From contig NIVC01000689.1 of assembly GCA_002269645.1 (NCBI GenBank), positions 124,001-188,000 on the forward strand: a stretch of 64,000 nt of DNA, written 5' to 3'. The stretch's first letter is position 1; each line of letters begins with the position of its first letter. This document shows positions 60,446 to 64,000 of the stretch, piece by piece. The notes beneath the pieces are model-generated. The model ran no database searches. It had not been told where the DNA came from and saw only the letters and a program-made list of their open reading frames with translations. The position numbers were made by a program, and so were the translations under genes. This DNA comes from Macrostomum lignano. Lineage: Eukaryota.

Positions 60446-63400
60446 GTAAGTGAAGGGGTTTCTGAGGACGTAAATTTTTGCGTGTTTTTCAACAGAAATG
60501 ATATTGGATTTTTAAAAATGCAATGAAGTCAATTGACCTAGTTTCCTACATACAAGTAACTAGTTGAAGTTGAAGCCTCAGAATGAGATTGAGTTGTTAG
60601 AAAGTCTTGAAATGTAGCTAGCTACAAATTGTTCATTAGGCACATTGTTTAATTGCGCTATAAAGTACATTTAAGTTTAAGGGATAAAGACAACATATTA
60701 ATAATATATTCATGCGTTTGAAGTTTGTGAAAAGGACCTCTAATCGAGTAAGGACACTAGAAGGACATGTAAACATATAGACGCGTGTTCTAATAATCAG
60801 AGAAGTTATAACTGACAAAGGACCAGAAGGCAGACATCCATAGCGGCACTACGGACACGACGACAGAGTAAACCAACAAAGGACACCGACAGACGCGGAC
60901 AACGAATTAAAAAATAGGGAGGGAGTAGCGATCAAGGTCAATGAATACAATGGTACAAGTACATAGGCACGCACTTATACGATTATAGTAGTGTCTCGAT
61001 ATGGAGTGACATTTATAGAGTGACTTTTTCGACATTGCTGGGATCACGAAGCAGGCACGAAAATTAGATTATTTCGATACAGTAGTTGATAATTTGTAGT
61101 GTCTTTTTAGAAGCATTCAGACCTCTTGTTTCCTTCAGCTCGTACTAGCTCCAATTTACCTTGTTGTAACTGTTATTTAGTATATATAATGTGGATTGTT
61201 TATGACTTATGAGACCAGACGATAGTGATGACTTATGAGACCAGACGACACGAAAGGAAATTCAATTAAAACTTGCGCTTTGTATTTAGCTTGTGAGATG
61301 GTGCCTTTTCTCCAATAGGCATGTTGGCGGTAGGCTCCTGCAGCATCATCAGATAATGCTACTTCAGAAGGCGTGCGTAAGTCAACCGTCAATCCACCCG
61401 CACAGGCTTATGTAGCAACTAGCAAGTTAGCGGCAAGTCATCTGGTGCTTCTCTAGCTCACAGGTTAAGGGCGTGAATTTGAGGATTTTCCCGGCTCGAG
61501 CAAGGTGGCATTGCGATATCCTATTGCGTTTCAAAATCCCCGTCGAGCTGTGAGATTTGCGATCCGATTGGCATCTCTAATTTCTGGATTTCTGTTTTTC
61601 TCCTCCGTTATTGATTGAATCTCCCGATGCAAAGAAAGAGTGAGGAAATAAATTTGTCGCAGTCGGTGACGCTACTCCCTTTGTAACGGCGAGACGAATC
61701 TGTTTTCAATAGCCGCGCGCACGGTGCCAACTGGCGTCGGAATATAATTCCCTCCATCAAGAGGCTGACGTGCCTGCATCTATTAGAGCCCGGCTGAAAT
61801 CCAAGCCAAGCCAAGAGCGAGGAAGTCAGTCAGGAGCAGGAGATCATTTGCGGAAGCAGCGAGGAATCAGGAAGTTGGAAAATGTTCGGCGCAAAGCTTT
61901 AGTTAGTCAGTCGCCTCCCATTCCTCCTGTGCAGCTCCTATTCTTCATCATTCTCTCCTAGCATCTGTCAAGGCGGCTTTTGGTTGTTTTTAAATTCCAC
62001 GCGAGTGTGTGGAGAGAGACCAATAAGGAAAACAAGAGCCAGGGAATGAATTTGATATTTATAAGATCCTCATTGCGCGCGTTTGTCTCTCGGGCGGATG
62101 TTTTCGGCCTCTGTTGCGCATGTCAGGAAGGAGAGACGACAAACGCGACTATCAGATATCTGCAAAATTTGGATTGCTTTGAATTAATAAGAAGAAGCCA
62201 AATAATTTTCAGGAACCAACAGTGACATTCAGTTTTACTGAGGAAATTTTCGTGAATTTTTGCAAAGAACAACATTCACGAGGCCAGTAAATATAGGCAG
62301 TACTATTTTTACCATATTTTGTCTAATCTATAGGCATCTTTAATGCCCTTCGTATCAGCCGCAAGATAAGAATTTTTCGCGCGTTCAATTCCATTTTTCC
62401 CCACGTCTGACTGAGGATTGCGGCGGAGTGAAAAAAACCAGTTGTAAAACTGCTTGCCCGCCAGGCGGGGAAGCGCATTGCTTCCCTGAAGGAAAGCAAG
62501 TCTATTTGCGCACGGCTGAGCTAAAGCAAATTTAAGTCGTGACTCGCCATTCCTTTCCAATTCCTTGCTGCTACGCTATCCCCTGCCGGCCGAAGCCGTT
62601 AATTCTTAATCCAAGTCCTACACGACGCGTTGGCTGGTTGTCGGTCTCTAAGACACAGGGAGGGAGGCCCAGCAGAGCCAGCAGCAGTAGCGGCAGCACA
62701 AACACTGGGCTGGGCTTCGATGCGTGGCCAGACCAGCCAAGCGGCTAAGTCAAATAACAAGTGTTCCGATCTGAAAGCCGGCAAATAACTGCATCTCCTA
62801 CCAATGCAGATAAGCTATTGCTTGCTTAGCACCGCGTCGGCCGAGAGTCTTACGAGTAATTGCAGTTCGTTGTTAGCTTTACTACTAGCTCGTAGAATAA
62901 CAACTTGCAAGCGACGCTTGAAGCAACGCCTCTGGTGGGCGAAATTTTTGGATTGTACATTCAAGTATTTGTACAATAATTTCCGGATGTCATGCAGCTA
63001 ATTATTTCTGGTTTTTTAATAGTGCCTTTAGCAGCTTCTGTGTTTACCAGCACATTGTCTAAGGTACATCACTGGTTGGAAAAGTGAAGCGGGAATGCGC
63101 TCTCAGTTTCCATATCTTATCCTGGATACTTTACTCATCCTGCTGTCTCGATCAGCTTCACTTCCCCTCTCGGCCTGTTTGCTCAGGCAGACAGGACTGC
63201 ATGGCTACTCGGCAGAATGCGCTGTGCGCGCGAATTCCGAACAAACACGGTCTACACAATACAGCTTCATGCAGCTGCTGAGTTGGAGCGCGCATTCGTT
63301 CGACATAGACCTTTTTTGCGAAGAATTTCTCTAAAATAAAATGCAATTTAATTTCCATCTCTGTCCAAAAAGCAATTTGTATTTAAAGCGCTTCTTACTC

Positions 63401-64000
63401 TTGAACTCATCAAGCGATGTAGAACAGACAATAGGCAGCTCCATTTGAATGATTTTTTAAATCAATGCTGCATTCTGAAAAAACGCGATCAGAACGGGTC
63501 AGGGCAACCTTCAAATAATGTGACTGTTGCTGGGACCAAGTATTAACTGTATATCAGAGGCTAAATGCTTAGTCCCTACTAACTTAATATTCTGTGTCTT
63601 AATGCTGATGAAGTCATTGCGAAGAACATACCGGAGTTATCACACTGAGAGAGTTCCAACACGTGCGGATGATAGCTATAGATATAGATTCATATGATAC
63701 CTTCTTATGCAATCCGCCTGACCCGGATCTGCCCCAAAGGATCAAGATGAGGCCAAAAATATACCCAGAAAGAAATCAATTCTGTACAAGCTCCCATTGA
63801 GGCTTAGGCTATTTATATAGAAGCTTTGAGCTTGGAGATTACAAAGAAGGCGTCGTGCCACCTGGGGCTATATGGTATTAGTCAGCACAGAAGCAGCACT
63901 TTGATGGACAGTTTCATGCAGCTGACGGACAGCTATGAAAATAATCAGGATCCTTTGTTGTGATAGTCCAGATCCGTAGCTAGATAGAGCCGGTAGACGT

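Noticed and set aside
61202-61248. 21-bp direct duplication ATGACTTATGAGACCAGACGA
   Set aside because: Only two copies and no element between them; treated as a trivial slippage event
62309-62560. KQFYNWFFSLRR, resembling homeodomain helix 3
   Set aside because: It lacks the invariant WFxN Asn and the rest of the fold
62690-62790. AAAQTLG as a possible GPCR TM6 start (KAAKTLG)
   Set aside because: No hydrophobic helix or CWLP motif follows, and the frame stops soon after

Overview
Eukaryotic (metazoan) genomic DNA with spliced genes, TTAGGG repeats and very large intronic minisatellites. The style (GC-rich, Ala/Gln-rich exons and repeat-filled introns) suggests a Macrostomum-type flatworm, but that is inference. 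Three genes lie in tandem on the minus strand: a centromeric histone CenH3/CENP-A (42445-40960, 2 coding exons), a complete 12-exon liprin-alpha (38694-16080, about 1159 aa, exon phases checked by hand), and an unidentified low-complexity nuclear regulator with RRK and PLDLT motifs (6888-5830). On the plus strand are an intronless EF1-gamma (56623-57906) and the TM1-TM5 exon of an alpha1-adrenergic-like GPCR (59656-60445). The 14 kb between CenH3 and EF1-gamma is a CpG-depleted nest of transposons: Gypsy and RTE remnants, hAT-type MITEs, and a young 4.5-kb Mutator-like foldback element (48674-53184, 9-bp TSD). That element carries a spliced Ulp1/SENP protease plus PHD-finger gene that the ORF track only partly shows. 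Other highlights are a 49-bp minisatellite that amplifies the liprin exon-1 splice donor, a 6.5-kb 28-bp array with higher-order structure, and a tRNA-derived CORE-type SINE in two copies. No rRNA, genuine tRNA or CRISPR array was found. All coordinates were read by eye.
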